Shown: positions 52,101 to 60,865, numbered from the stretch's first letter. The stretch is 64,000 bases of DNA from an uncultured Candidatus Binatia bacterium (GCA_965218425.1 OZ244621.1:2208001-2272000); one strand, 5' to 3'. Notes: generated by a model from the letters alone, not told the origin. Made by a program: numbers and translations.

Positions 52101-52493
52101 CACATTGCCGGAGGGCAACTGGCCTTCGTGCGCCGCACTACCGTCGGGCATATCGGCGTCGGGCACGGCGTTTGATTGGCTAATGGGAAGGTTCGGTTCC
52201 GGTGTCTGTCGGGTTTGAGGCAGAGCCGTGTCTGTTGGCATGGCGGGTCCGCCGGACGATGCCGGATCGTTGCCATGCTCGTCGGGCGGATCCGGCTCGA
52301 CCTTTACCTCGTCGGCTGCGAGACCGTAGCCCGTAGAGAGGGATGTGGCTTCCTGCGACTGCATGAAGCCAAGACCCGCCATTGCTAAATTGGGACTGCC
52401 GCCACCGTTACTGACGCAACCGGATAATGCCGGCACGATAAAAACGAGTATCGCGCAAGCCGGCAAGATTTTGCTGTGCGATTTGAAGATCAT
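49167..52493 (-). CDS. Large lipoprotein: Zn-metalloprotease domain plus three TbpB-like barrels
   Basis: Lipobox LSGC; HEMGHVLG (51393-51407), distal H and Met-turn-like SVMAY; three xFxGxxHxxxAGxx..FG barrel endings. Confidence 0.8.
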   Translation of the reverse strand: MIFKSHSKILPACAILVFIVPALSGCVSNGGGSPNLAMAGLGFMQSQEATSLSTGYGLAADEVKVEPDPPDEHGNDPASSGGPAMPTDTALPQTRQTPEPNLPISQSNAVPDADMPDGSAAHEGQLPSGNVVVTGTKAGGLSLAERPRNNPEAADLLDHWGHRHIRRNTEGFLNPAPGADGADLKALRAAAQTQGEGLVAPDLHDDDEVRILGSHRSVTYGRWTGGPADTLSIDFNLSGAGTLMQDDPAFRAMLERVGKAWSHRIADTWTTWERPAGDLKGWLSRGDPSAPRTEVRVGSEGEISTGLEIDVRYEPFTDGFAGRGGSGVQASGDSWQPRFGSIVIDTGHLQEAGEAQLFRTLTHEMGHVLGAWWGDAITVLYADYSDAATGAWTGPNVVAVHGGPAPFQDSANPRVWTEGERDPLASQYDFVHSGVCASVMAYCASNAALPSFLPHAIDFAFLADLGLTIREESDRPETYGLAGWTDYAGFTVSVSRDLQVKLADPQPHYDRAANPWHKLDVTDLLRAGVDVFGYRSAGDLRLSYPAAGLHGTVRYAGGLIGAALDRAWLPPVTGDANLAVDLGTLDGTASFTSLAVYSDGIPEIFAGGSLHYPFDLLDNAIVGTGASSTLLADFYGPRHEDVAGTLHDPQAGLLASFGTTHDDRPSREDVITSADYMAGTSYQRGASDPADDGWYEYRCGTGSACETRDDASGGWSDWTTTTRERVLASTAGWDWRSKERLDADYDFVRIARQSAAFTDGAQGRHVVDSYTGTLEHVAFGTGFEKYTDEWMDTIGTPPGFYNGWAGFQGALSGGPPDGLARWSGPMLGYQSGQAAGENPFVQGLATVKFSLSDNRVGVAFSEVASRGGKRELDDFDFEDIGLQADGTFRGGGMDGAFFGPSHEEAAGAFHHNATSVTGSFGAWRMPDTVTLEETGTARVAGTYTNDSGTYEFYEHEQWGIWGKQFGDDIFGAFLEQNVTTAGNTTTYYTPYGSIHGTPSGHNPVSGTAVWSGKVRAFETVSGGYAPVSGNARLEVSFDDATVDVDFTGFEAGHNDMSWRALRIRNGAFRDPQVGQATIEGAFYGTEHQGAAGKFDRDNLLGVFGAVRN

Positions 52494-52869
52494 GGCCCCA
52501 CCTCCATGAATTTGTTCATCCTATCCACATTGCCAAGGACCATGTCAAACGTGTGTATTGGGCCGCCGCGTTAGCGGGCGCTTGCAGGGAGCCTCGATGT
52601 CCTGAACATCGTGCAGACGGCTTTCCTTAACCAAAGGACAGCCGGGTGCGGTTGCGAAGAATTTGCCTATTTTGCGAGTTTTGCAAGCTACTAAAAGGGC
52701 GGCGGGGTACCGGCTATATACGGCATTGAGGACCTTTATCTTTCACAGGTTGTGCGATCCTGTCGGTCGCCTTCCATATGCCCGGCATCTAGTTTATAAT
52801 GGCGGCGACGAAGGCCAGATAGCATCGTTGGCCGCTCTCATCAGATTGCTCCAATCGCGCAGGTTGTAG

Positions 52870-53268
52870 ATGTCCTTCACATTATTGTTGGGCGCTGTTG
52901 TTTCGTTGGCTGGCGGGATTATCGCGTGGTATTTGAATGAACGCAGTAAGCTGAAGTGGGAAAAGCACATACGTAAAGAGGACACATACAGAGGCTTTTT
53001 CGAATCTATACGTGGATTCTACGTCACGTCCCAGAACAAAGAACAAAAGGAAAAATTCCTTCATGAACTCAGGCTTGCTTGGTTGTACTGTCCCGACGAC
53101 GTGATTAAGGCTGGAAACGCTTTTCTCGGCACCGTTGCTGCGGAAACCCCATCCTCAGATGAAGAAAAAGAGCGAGCGCTTGCCGAATTTGAGATTGCTT
53201 TGAGACGAGACCTTCATGGGAAAACAAAGTTGACGGTCGAGGATCACCGTAATTGGCGCAGTACGTAA
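52870..53268 (+). CDS. Membrane-anchored hypothetical protein
   Basis: N-terminal TM, AWLYCPDDVIK, LRRDL. Confidence 0.65.
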   Translation: MSFTLLLGAVVSLAGGIIAWYLNERSKLKWEKHIRKEDTYRGFFESIRGFYVTSQNKEQKEKFLHELRLAWLYCPDDVIKAGNAFLGTVAAETPSSDEEKERALAEFEIALRRDLHGKTKLTVEDHRNWRST

Positions 53269-53277
53269 CCGTTTAAC

Positions 53278-53610
53278 TGTACAGCTTAGGGTATTCACCT
53301 GACACTTGCCGCTCCTGGATAGGGACAGTTATAGGCGGCATTTTCCATTTTGTCCTCCTTTGGTTTCTTGGTTTTCGGCAGCAGCGGGCGAAGACATCGG
53401 CAGGTGTCCTGCCGTTCATGCCGCGGCCCTGATGGGGCCTCTGGGTGTTGTACACGATCAGATAGGCATCTAGGTCTTTCTGCATCCATCTATGCTCTCG
53501 TAGAACTTGGTTCGGCCCATGACGCGGAAGTGCTCGTCGAGGAGGGTCCTGTGCAGGCGCTCGACGAAACCGTTGGACTGGTGTCGTCGGACCTTCGTGG
53601 TGCAATGCAC
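53278..53610 (-). mobile_element. IS481-family transposase 3' remnant with terminal TGTA end
   Basis: SNGFVERLHRTLLDEHFR / frameshift / YNTQRPHQGRGMNGRTP; end TGTACAGCTTAGGGTATTCACCTGACAC. Confidence 0.75.
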
Positions 53611-53879
53611 GATCTCCTAAAGCTGCAGGAACAACTCGTGAGGATGGCGTCCCGGAGCTCGATGGAATTGGAAAGCTCCCGGGAATTACTCAAATATATA
53701 TGTGGTGAACGGATCGTACCGCCTGCCGGCCGGAACCCGCCTCGGCGGGGTGCGTTTCCGTACCGCAAGGTCCCTGGGCATGGGGATGGTCCGCGTCCTG
53801 CGGAAATGGTCCTTGACGGTTCATCGATAAACCGGGTCTACGGATATTGTCAAGTTGAGCAGTAGCGTTTCCGGATGCG

Positions 53880-54563
53880 CTAGTCGCGTGATTCTGCCGA
53901 TGCCTTTTCGTACTCAAGACGCAGGTATCTATATTTTTTCGGCTTTTTGTTCTTGCCGGCCGGGTCGTAACGTTTAGTCTGGATGGATTCGCCAAGCGGC
54001 AGCGGAAGCCATAATGGGTTTCCTGGCTTTTTTGTTCCTTGTGTCATCCAGTCGGGCCATTTCTCCGTTTCGATCTCCTCCGACCTCTTCGGCGACATCA
54101 GGAGGAAGTGAGGGGTTACCAGTTCCCTTCCGTGGCGGTCCTCGTTGAATATGAGCTTCAATCGGTCGGCCTTCGATTTCAACTGTTCGTTCGTCCAGCC
54201 TGTGTGCGCCTTCGCTTCGATCAGGATCAGGTGCGTTTTCGGGCCGTCGTCGAAGGCCACGAGCAGGTCGATGTCCTCCGGGTTCCTGTAATACAGCTTG
54301 TCGTTTTTAATATGGGCGCGAGGCGGCGGTTTATTGGCGGCCAGATAGAGGGCCATCTGAATCCAGTTGAGATGGTAATCCATAGCGACGAATGCGCCGG
54401 GTGGAATCGACAACTTCTTTCTCGAGCCCTTGTTGAGACAGTTTCTGAGTTTTGTCCTGAACTGTTTGGAGAGGCAAAATGTGCCCTTGCCCAGCGTTTC
54501 GCGCAGCAGGAAGAAGTGTTCTTTTCGGTTGAGCAGTCGGAGGTACTTGATTATGTCGGACAT
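53880..54563 (-). CDS. Putative PD-(D/E)xK nuclease-fold protein
   Basis: PEDIDLLVAF..LILIEAK..W...QL motif spacing. Confidence 0.6.
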   Translation of the reverse strand: MSDIIKYLRLLNRKEHFFLLRETLGKGTFCLSKQFRTKLRNCLNKGSRKKLSIPPGAFVAMDYHLNWIQMALYLAANKPPPRAHIKNDKLYYRNPEDIDLLVAFDDGPKTHLILIEAKAHTGWTNEQLKSKADRLKLIFNEDRHGRELVTPHFLLMSPKRSEEIETEKWPDWMTQGTKKPGNPLWLPLPLGESIQTKRYDPAGKNKKPKKYRYLRLEYEKASAESRD

Positions 54564-55001
54564 TTATCCGTCCTTTCTTTTAGAGCTGATGTCTCCGATG
54601 GAGACCGACCCGTCTCGTTTACGCCTCATGGCTTACTCTCTCATGCCCGCCGGACAAATCGAACGGCAGCAAGGAGCAAGGCAGCTACCATGTATATTTA
54701 CACATTAACACAAAAACACAAATAGGAGATAAGCTGCCGGCCTCGGCTTCTGTAGTTATTGAAAAACCGGAAAAACAAGCCGCGCGGGCCACGGGACCCG
54801 TATCGGAGGGGCGGAATCGGCTCCGGACGGGACGTTCTCAGGTGGGCCTGAGAAATAGCCGTCAGGGGTTGCAAATCGTGGGAACGAATTGATATTGACG
54901 GATTATCGCCACGGCGCGTTTTGCTGGGCATGGCTAAGGTAGAGCAGGGCGCCGCGTGGCATGGCGAGGCTTGGAGAAACAATCAGGAAGGAGACAACCC
55001 C

Positions 55002-55262
55002 ATGGCTGACCAAAGTCAATCCGTTGCCAAGGTCGTGGAGGTTCAAGCCTCGTGGGACCCGGAAGCCAAGGTTTGGGTCGCTACTTGCAGTGAGATCGAA
55101 GGACTGGTGACCGAAGCACCGACCAAGGAAGAGTTGGAGCAGAAGCTGCGGGTCATGATCCCCGAGCTTTTAGAGCTGGACGGAGGGTCCGGGTCCGGTC
55201 TCCCGGAAGTGCCGTTTGTAGTTAAGGAAGGGCAACTTTCCCAGGGACGCCTCCGCACCTAG
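55002..55262 (+). CDS. DUF1902 HicB-like antitoxin
   Basis: WDPEAKVWVAT..IEGLVTEA..IPELLE. Confidence 0.8.
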   Translation: MADQSQSVAKVVEVQASWDPEAKVWVATCSEIEGLVTEAPTKEELEQKLRVMIPELLELDGGSGSGLPEVPFVVKEGQLSQGRLRT

Positions 55263-55265
55263 ACA

Positions 55266-55460
55266 ATGGCTGGGTATGGCCGGGATGTTCGTAAAATACT
55301 GAAGGACGCCGGCTGGCACCTCTATCGACAAAGTAGGGGCGACCATGAAATTTGGGCCCACCCGAATCGAGATACAAAGATCACCGTCGATAACAATATC
55401 AAGTCTCGTCATACCGCTAATGCGATACTGAAGGCTGCGAGACTATCCAAGAAGTTCTAA
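55266..55460 (+). CDS. hicA: HicA-family toxin
   Basis: RQSRGDHEIW, SRHTANAILK. Confidence 0.85.
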   Translation: MAGYGRDVRKILKDAGWHLYRQSRGDHEIWAHPNRDTKITVDNNIKSRHTANAILKAARLSKKF

Positions 55461-55756
55461 TCTTCTTCTTTCTGTGAGGCCTCCCGCTCCAAGTCATCGA
55501 TTTCCAGTCTCCGCTCTCGCAGAGTCCCGCCGCAAGACGGGCGGATTCCGCTTAACTTGAAAATACACCCGCCGGCGCTGCGCCCGCAGCCGAAGTTGCA
55601 ATCATTTCCCGGCTCATGCTTTAACCCCTGTTCCCCGGATGAGCCGAGGATTTTGCAACGTAGCAAAGAGATTCTGATATAAGGGTCAAGATGTTGCCGT
55701 CGGAATGGATCGGAAGTTCGACTACTCCGAAGAATCCGAAATTAAAGGAGGTCGGG

Positions 55757-55996
55757 ATGAAGGTCTCCGCCGAATCAATCGTCGGTATCCCGGCTATCTT
55801 GGCTTTGTCGCTGATTGCGGCCTCGGCCTTAGACCCCGCAGCGACGCCGGCCGGTGCCGCGACATATCGCGTCGTCTCGGAAAACAGGCAGACCCATATT
55901 CGAATAGGTGGCTACGAGTATGAGTTGGAAGGTGTATCGGGCCGCCACATCTTGCACTTGCCGGCGGTTGAGCCGGGTTGTATAACTCCTGACTGA
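55757..55996 (+). CDS. Small exported protein or fragment
   Basis: RBS AAGGAGG, hydrophobic signal-like N-terminus. Confidence 0.4.
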   Translation: MKVSAESIVGIPAILALSLIAASALDPAATPAGAATYRVVSENRQTHIRIGGYEYELEGVSGRHILHLPAVEPGCITPD

Positions 55997-56145
55997 CGAC
56001 CGGCACAATAAAAGGTCGCGCCGTTTGCGGCAATAAGGAAACGAACACGAAGTAAATGTCGTGTGCGTATTTGCCTCGCGCAGCACGACAGGGAAAAGCC
56101 CGTTCGGGGCGGGATTATTTCTTGGGGCAGAGGAGGAAACGCAGG

Positions 56146-57018
56146 ATGAAATTATTGAGGATGAAGTTGGCAGCGGCCGCCTTTCTCCTGGCGGCGGCGC
56201 CGTTACTGTCCGCCGATGCCGCCGGGATGGACGGATGGTATGGCGGCATGGAGCTGGGGGTGGCGATGTCTCCGAAGCTCACGATAAAAGGTCTGGATAA
56301 CGATTTCGCGGATAGCAAGAAGTGCGACGGTTTCCCCGTCGTCGCGTTGGGGAGGGATAACCCGGATAGTGCGCCGGACAGTCCCGAGTGTGCTACGGAT
56401 CGTGGGAACGATTGGGCGAGTACGTTTGATGGGGGCACGGGCGTCTTGTCCGGGCTTGTGTTGGGCTATCACTTTAAAGACTTCAGGATCGAGGGGGAAT
56501 ATTTCTATCGCACCGCAGGTCATGACCAAGAAACCGTGCCCTCGATCGGCGGGAAAATTTATGGGGAAGAGCAGGATATCATTCCCTACAACAAGCTCGG
56601 TGATATTCACTCCCACAACATCTTCGTCAATGCCTATTACGACATCCCCATCGAAACGAAGCTTCGGCCGTATGTCGGGGCAGGAGCAGGTTGGTCGCGC
56701 GTCAACCTTGATTATGCCGCCAGATTTACGCGAATTAGTAACGGAACGACCACCGTCGCCATCGAGACATTTTCGAATGGTGTGTTCGGTTACCAGTTGA
56801 TCGCCGGCGTGGATTATCCGCTCGGCGACCGGGTCACGATTGGGTTGAAAGGTCGCTGGGCTAATTTTGGTGAATTCAAGATCGAAGGGGAATCCTGGGA
56901 CCTCCTTCGCAGCCATGCGTCGCTCACCGGCCCCGGCGGCGATCCGATCCTCTACGAGGTAAAGACGGACGATATCCGGTTCTGGGGATTGAGCCTTGCC
57001 TTGAAATACCGGTTTTGA
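56146..57018 (+). CDS. Outer-membrane beta-barrel protein (Opa/Msp2-like), paralog 2
   Basis: Shares GWY.GM.LGVAM, EGEYFYR, FGYQ.IAGVDYP, RWANFGEF, LRSH, TDDI.FWG, KY.F with 35520..36479. Confidence 0.85.
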   Translation: MKLLRMKLAAAAFLLAAAPLLSADAAGMDGWYGGMELGVAMSPKLTIKGLDNDFADSKKCDGFPVVALGRDNPDSAPDSPECATDRGNDWASTFDGGTGVLSGLVLGYHFKDFRIEGEYFYRTAGHDQETVPSIGGKIYGEEQDIIPYNKLGDIHSHNIFVNAYYDIPIETKLRPYVGAGAGWSRVNLDYAARFTRISNGTTTVAIETFSNGVFGYQLIAGVDYPLGDRVTIGLKGRWANFGEFKIEGESWDLLRSHASLTGPGGDPILYEVKTDDIRFWGLSLALKYRF

Positions 57019-57029
57019 ACGATGACCGA

Positions 57030-57073
57030 TCCCCGTCGGCGGGAGTTTTGAGATCGCCGGCGGGGGATTTTTT
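57030..57073 (+). terminator. Probable intrinsic terminator
   Basis: ccccgtcggcg...cgccggcgggg followed by a T-tract just after the stop codon. Confidence 0.6.
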
Positions 57074-57082
57074 CACTCGGGA

Positions 57083-57277
57083 CGCGGTATCCGTATTTTT
57101 TCGGCTTCTTGTTCTTGCCGGCCGGGTCGCAACGCCTGGCCTGGATGGATTCCCCAGGCGGAAGCCGTAACGGTTTTGCCGTGTTTTTTGTTCCTTGTGT
57201 CATCCGGTCCGGCCATTTCTCCATTGTGATCTCCTCCGACTTCTCCGGCGACATCGGGAGAAAGTGAAGGGTTGCCC
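57083..57277 (-). pseudogene. Diverged duplicate of the 3' part of the 53880..54563 gene
   Basis: HFL.MSP..SEEI..EKWPD.MTQGTK and DPAGKNKKPKKY shared. Confidence 0.85.
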
Positions 57278-57450
57278 GTAACCGGCATGCCGAAGTGATC
57301 TTTACTGTAACGGGGATTGCCGAGGCCTGCGGCGGGCGTTCTTCCCGGTAAGTATGTTGTTGACTTCGTGTCGACATATGGACTACATGCCGTATTATAG
57401 GGAATTATATATCAAAGTCGCATTTTTTCCCTGAATTATATAGGAGAATT

Positions 57451-58200
57451 ATGGACGCCTGCGTCAAATTTTATAGGTTCTTCCTCATGGTTGTCATTGC
57501 CGTTGGTCTTGTGAGCGGCCCGGCGCTGCAATCCAGGTCTCACGCAAATGGGGACCCCGCTCCTCCTGGAGCCGGCGCAGGCGCAGGAGACCCATGGGAA
57601 AAATTCAACAGAAAGATGTTTTCATTTAACCGGGAAGTCGATCGCTGGTTTCTGGAACCGGTTGCCGCAGGATACGACTTCGTCCTTCCCGATGTGGCGC
57701 AGACCGGCGTCAGGAACGCTATCAGCAATATCGACGTGGCGCGCCGACTGGCAAATAGCCTCCTGCAGCTCAAGTTTGAAGGAGCGGCGCGGGAAATCCT
57801 TCGCTTCACCATCAACTCTACTTTCGGTATCGGCGGGCTAGTCGACTTTGCAAAAATCTCAGCGGGGATTCCACAAAGCGACGAGGATACCGGGCAAACC
57901 ATGGGAGTTTACGGCATAAAGCCCGGCCCCTATTTGGTCCTTCCCTTTTTTCTTCCCCCCATGACGGTTCGCGACGGCATCGGCGCCATATGTGACCGGG
58001 CCATGAATCCACTCCTTTACGTCGGTATGTTCGTGGACGGAGCAACCGGGGTAGGCAACGGCGCCTCTGCCCTCAACGCCGTCAACGAGCGCTCCCGCAA
58101 CCTGGAGGCCTTTAAGCGGCTTGAGGACTCGGTCGATGACCTGTACGGCGCCGTGCGCAACGCCTATCTGCAAAAACGGGAAGCCGCCGTCAGGGAATAA
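57451..58200 (+). CDS. mlaA: MlaA/VacJ family protein
   Basis: DPWEKFNRKMF.FN, RFTINSTFGIGG, EDTGQT, GPYLVLP, RDG, Y..VRNAYLQ. Confidence 0.9.
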   Translation: MDACVKFYRFFLMVVIAVGLVSGPALQSRSHANGDPAPPGAGAGAGDPWEKFNRKMFSFNREVDRWFLEPVAAGYDFVLPDVAQTGVRNAISNIDVARRLANSLLQLKFEGAAREILRFTINSTFGIGGLVDFAKISAGIPQSDEDTGQTMGVYGIKPGPYLVLPFFLPPMTVRDGIGAICDRAMNPLLYVGMFVDGATGVGNGASALNAVNERSRNLEAFKRLEDSVDDLYGAVRNAYLQKREAAVRE

Positions 58201-58224
58201 CCGCCCGGTCGTCATAATCAACTC

Positions 58225-58300
58225 GTGGACAGCGGCCTTCGCCTTCGACACGAAGCGCAAGGCGGTCTTGCTCGTTGCGGGGGACGAATCAGGCGGCGGC
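58225..58300 (+). pseudogene. Fragment of a RelE/HigB-like toxin
   Basis: AFAFDTKRKAVLLVAGDESG. Confidence 0.55.
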
Positions 58301-58605
58301 AAGGAACAAGGCGGCCGCCGTCCGGAGGATCCTCAAAGAATCCGGGGGGCAGAAGCGCTGGAACGGATGCTTGAGGAGCGCCCGCAGTCTCCGGTTCTTT
58401 AACCCTAGCGGCCAGGCCGCCGCTGAGCCGAAACATATAAGAGTCGCCTGTCGGAAGCCGCTAAAAAGGATTTTAAAGCAATATGTTATGAGGCTGTCCT
58501 TTCGGTAAAAGGGCGGCGCTGATCAGAACGTTCGTGTCGACGAACTGGTGAACGATGCTGGTCCGTGAGGCCTGACGCCTTCCCGGAAAGATCGTCCGCG
58601 ATCTC

Positions 58606-58636
58606 TTGAAGCTATATAGCGGATACGCTATATAGC
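58606..58636 (+). promoter_or_regulatory. TA promoter with a double palindromic operator
   Basis: TTGAAG-N17-TATATA overlapped by GCTATATAGC x2 (58611, 58627), just before ATG 58641 (probably leaderless). Confidence 0.65.
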
Positions 58637-58640
58637 CGGC

Positions 58641-58964
58641 ATGGCATGGACGGTCGAAACCGTCTCCAGTGTCGATGCCGAAATCGAGGCCCTGCCCGTG
58701 AAGTTGCGCGCCCGGCTGGTTCGGCTGCTGGAGACGATAGAGAACGTCGGTCTGGAAGCGCTCCGTGAACCGCATGTCAAGCATCTCGACGGCAAGCTTT
58801 GGGAACTGCGGGTCAGGGCTGAAGGGGGAACCGCCAGAGGGATCTACGTGACGGCACAGCAACAGCGGATGGTGGTCCTGCATGTCTTCGCGAAGAAGTC
58901 GCAAAGGACGCCGCGGCGAGCGCTGGCGACCGCCCAGGAACGCATGAAGCAGGTGAGGCCATGA
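58641..58964 (+). CDS. RelE/ParE (Gp49-like) toxin
   Basis: EPHVKHLDGKLWELR, RGIY, LHVFAKKSQRTP. Confidence 0.9.
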   Translation: MAWTVETVSSVDAEIEALPVKLRARLVRLLETIENVGLEALREPHVKHLDGKLWELRVRAEGGTARGIYVTAQQQRMVVLHVFAKKSQRTPRRALATAQERMKQVRP

Positions 58965-59245
58965 CGAGACTGAAGGAACTGAAGAAACGCCTCATGGAAG
59001 ACCCGGAATTTCGGGAGGAATACGCGCGGGCCGATGACGAGTTCAGGCTGATCGAAGCACTGGTTCGTGCCCGTATGGCGGCCAAGCTGACGCAGGCGGA
59101 ACTCGCCCGGCGCCTAGGGACGACCCAGTCCGCCATCGCGCGGCTGGAGAGCGGCGGCGTTTCGCCGTCCTTTACTACCTTGCGCCGCTACGCCGAAGCG
59201 ACCGGGACGCGGCTGACCGTCGGCTTGGTACAGGCTGACCGCTAA
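58961..59245 (+). CDS. Xre-HTH antitoxin
   Basis: DPEFREEY, LTQAELARRLGTTQSAIARLESG, TLRRYA. Confidence 0.9.
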   Translation: MTRLKELKKRLMEDPEFREEYARADDEFRLIEALVRARMAAKLTQAELARRLGTTQSAIARLESGGVSPSFTTLRRYAEATGTRLTVGLVQADR

Positions 59246-59347
59246 ACGGGCCGGAGTGCATCGCTGATTCGGCGATTCACAAACTACCGTCGCAGTCGTT
59301 ACCCGGCGCCTTAGGCGATCATGCCGGCGATGCAGGTGGCGGTGACT

Positions 59348-59710
59348 TCAGAAGATCGTTAAGGAATTTTTAAAAAGCGTGTTTCGAAGTGCCATTGCTT
59401 CATTGGCCAATGAATCGGCTTGAAACCTGGCAGCATCGGCATCCTTTGACAAGCGTCTATGCTGTGGGTTGTAGCCTCCATCATTACCCCATGGTGAAAC
59501 TTTCTTTAAGCGTGCCTTTGTCGGTTTCCATCGTTCCTGTGCTGTCTCATATGCTTTATAGACAGACGACCCCATGACTGCATCGTCAGCGCGCTTGTTT
59601 GCCCTTTTGCGAATTTCCTTGGCGAGCTGGCGGAGTTCGATTTGACGTTCAGCCTCGGCAATGTCCGCTTGAGTATCCGCAAAGGCCGGGGAAGCGAGCA
59701 AACCGCACAA
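59348..59710 (-). CDS. Exported hypothetical protein, 5' end unclear
   Basis: Signal-peptide end LASPAFA; the upstream part abuts the next gene. Confidence 0.45.
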   Translation of the reverse strand: MCGLLASPAFADTQADIAEAERQIELRQLAKEIRKRANKRADDAVMGSSVYKAYETAQERWKPTKARLKKVSPWGNDGGYNPQHRRLSKDADAARFQADSLANEAMALRNTLFKNSLTIF

Positions 59711-59729
59711 AATGAGAACGGCTAGGGCC

Positions 59730-59972
59730 TTATGGTAGATTGATTGGAAGAATCACCACAGTGGCAAAAGTGGCAAGGCTGATCGTGATGCTGAGTCCGA
59801 TCATCCACATGAGAATGGAGCGCGTCGCGGCTAAATCGGCTTTAGTGGCAAGATGGCCGAAGTCGTTTTGAACGTTGCGGACAATCTCGGCTACCGCTTC
59901 GGCTTGCTCGTGTCTCATGCCTGCGGCTTCGAGTTTGCGTGCGGCTTCAAGTGTGTCGAAAGTCTGACCCAT
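59730..59972 (-). CDS. DUF1640/CCDC90-like coiled-coil protein
   Basis: FDTL..ARKLEAAG...QAEA, LATKADL, C-terminal TM. Confidence 0.75.
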   Translation of the reverse strand: MGQTFDTLEAARKLEAAGMRHEQAEAVAEIVRNVQNDFGHLATKADLAATRSILMWMIGLSITISLATFATVVILPINLP

Positions 59973-60110
59973 GGCCGTTCCCTATAGCTTTTTATGCCTA
60001 GAGTCAAATGACCCCGGATTTGCGATTCTTTGCCGGGGTAGTATTCTTTTACTACAATGACCCTGACTCCGGGTTGGGGTCAACCCCCTAGTCCCTGCCC
60101 TGCTGAACGC

Positions 60111-60335
60111 CTAGTTGGTTTTTAGCCGGAAATCGCCGCCCAGGCCGGCCCGCATCTCGTCGAGGTCGCCGTCCCAGCCGGACCCGCGAAGCCGTCGGGC
60201 TTCATCGATGCCAAGGGGCTGTGCCGCAAGGGCTCGAAGCGCAAAGTTGACCGCCTCGCGCTTTGTTTTCAGACGGTAACGGCGCATGACCTCCGCGCAC
60301 GCCTCATCGTCGATATCCACATTGGTGCGTGACAT
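60111..60335 (-). CDS. vapB: VapB antitoxin (orphan)
   Basis: MSRTNVDIDD, TKREAVNFAL, GWDGDLDEMR; no downstream vapC. Confidence 0.82.
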   Translation of the reverse strand: MSRTNVDIDDEACAEVMRRYRLKTKREAVNFALRALAAQPLGIDEARRLRGSGWDGDLDEMRAGLGGDFRLKTN

Positions 60336-60643
60336 ATACCCAGCATATACCGTAATGGGATGCCGGCCAATGGTCTTGAGGCGTGTGACGCGGAGCCCCA
60401 GCCAGGATTTCACTCATGGGCCGGGGCTCCGCCTGTAGCTGTTTAAATGGGTTTTTCTTGCCCATTTAAGCCCTATTTAACACCCGTAACCGGCATGCTG
60501 AAGTGCTCGTTGCTATAATGTGGTTTTTTTCGTAATCCGGACTCGGCCGGACCGCAGCCATGGCGACCGCCCAATGAGACAATGCGCCCCGCACAAGGTC
60601 CTTACGACGACCCTGCGGGTCAGGCCCGGCACGGTCCATGCGG

Positions 60644-60865
60644 TCAAAAGAGCACTGCGCATCGCAGTGTGCAGGTTCCCAGTCGATTCCCCAGATTCCG
60701 ATCCTCGCTGTTGGCCACGCACACCGATATGCACATCTGTTTCATGGTGAGGGGTCGGGCTGAAAGCCCTTGTCCCTGCCCCAGAACGAGGTTCACCGGC
60801 GAGGCGGCCACGATGGCCGCCAAAATGGCCAGCGCGGCGAGTATGGTGATGATATTGCGGTTCAT
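60644..60865 (-). CDS. Small exported Cys-containing protein
   Basis: RBS AGGAGG, signal peptide, CxxxC...CxxxC. Confidence 0.55.
   Translation of the reverse strand: MNRNIITILAALAILAAIVAASPVNLVLGQGQGLSARPLTMKQMCISVCVANSEDRNLGNRLGTCTLRCAVLF

Noticed and set aside
53928..57277. Diversity-generating retroelement TR/VR pair
   Set aside because: Differences between the copies are not confined to adenines, and no reverse transcriptase is in the window.
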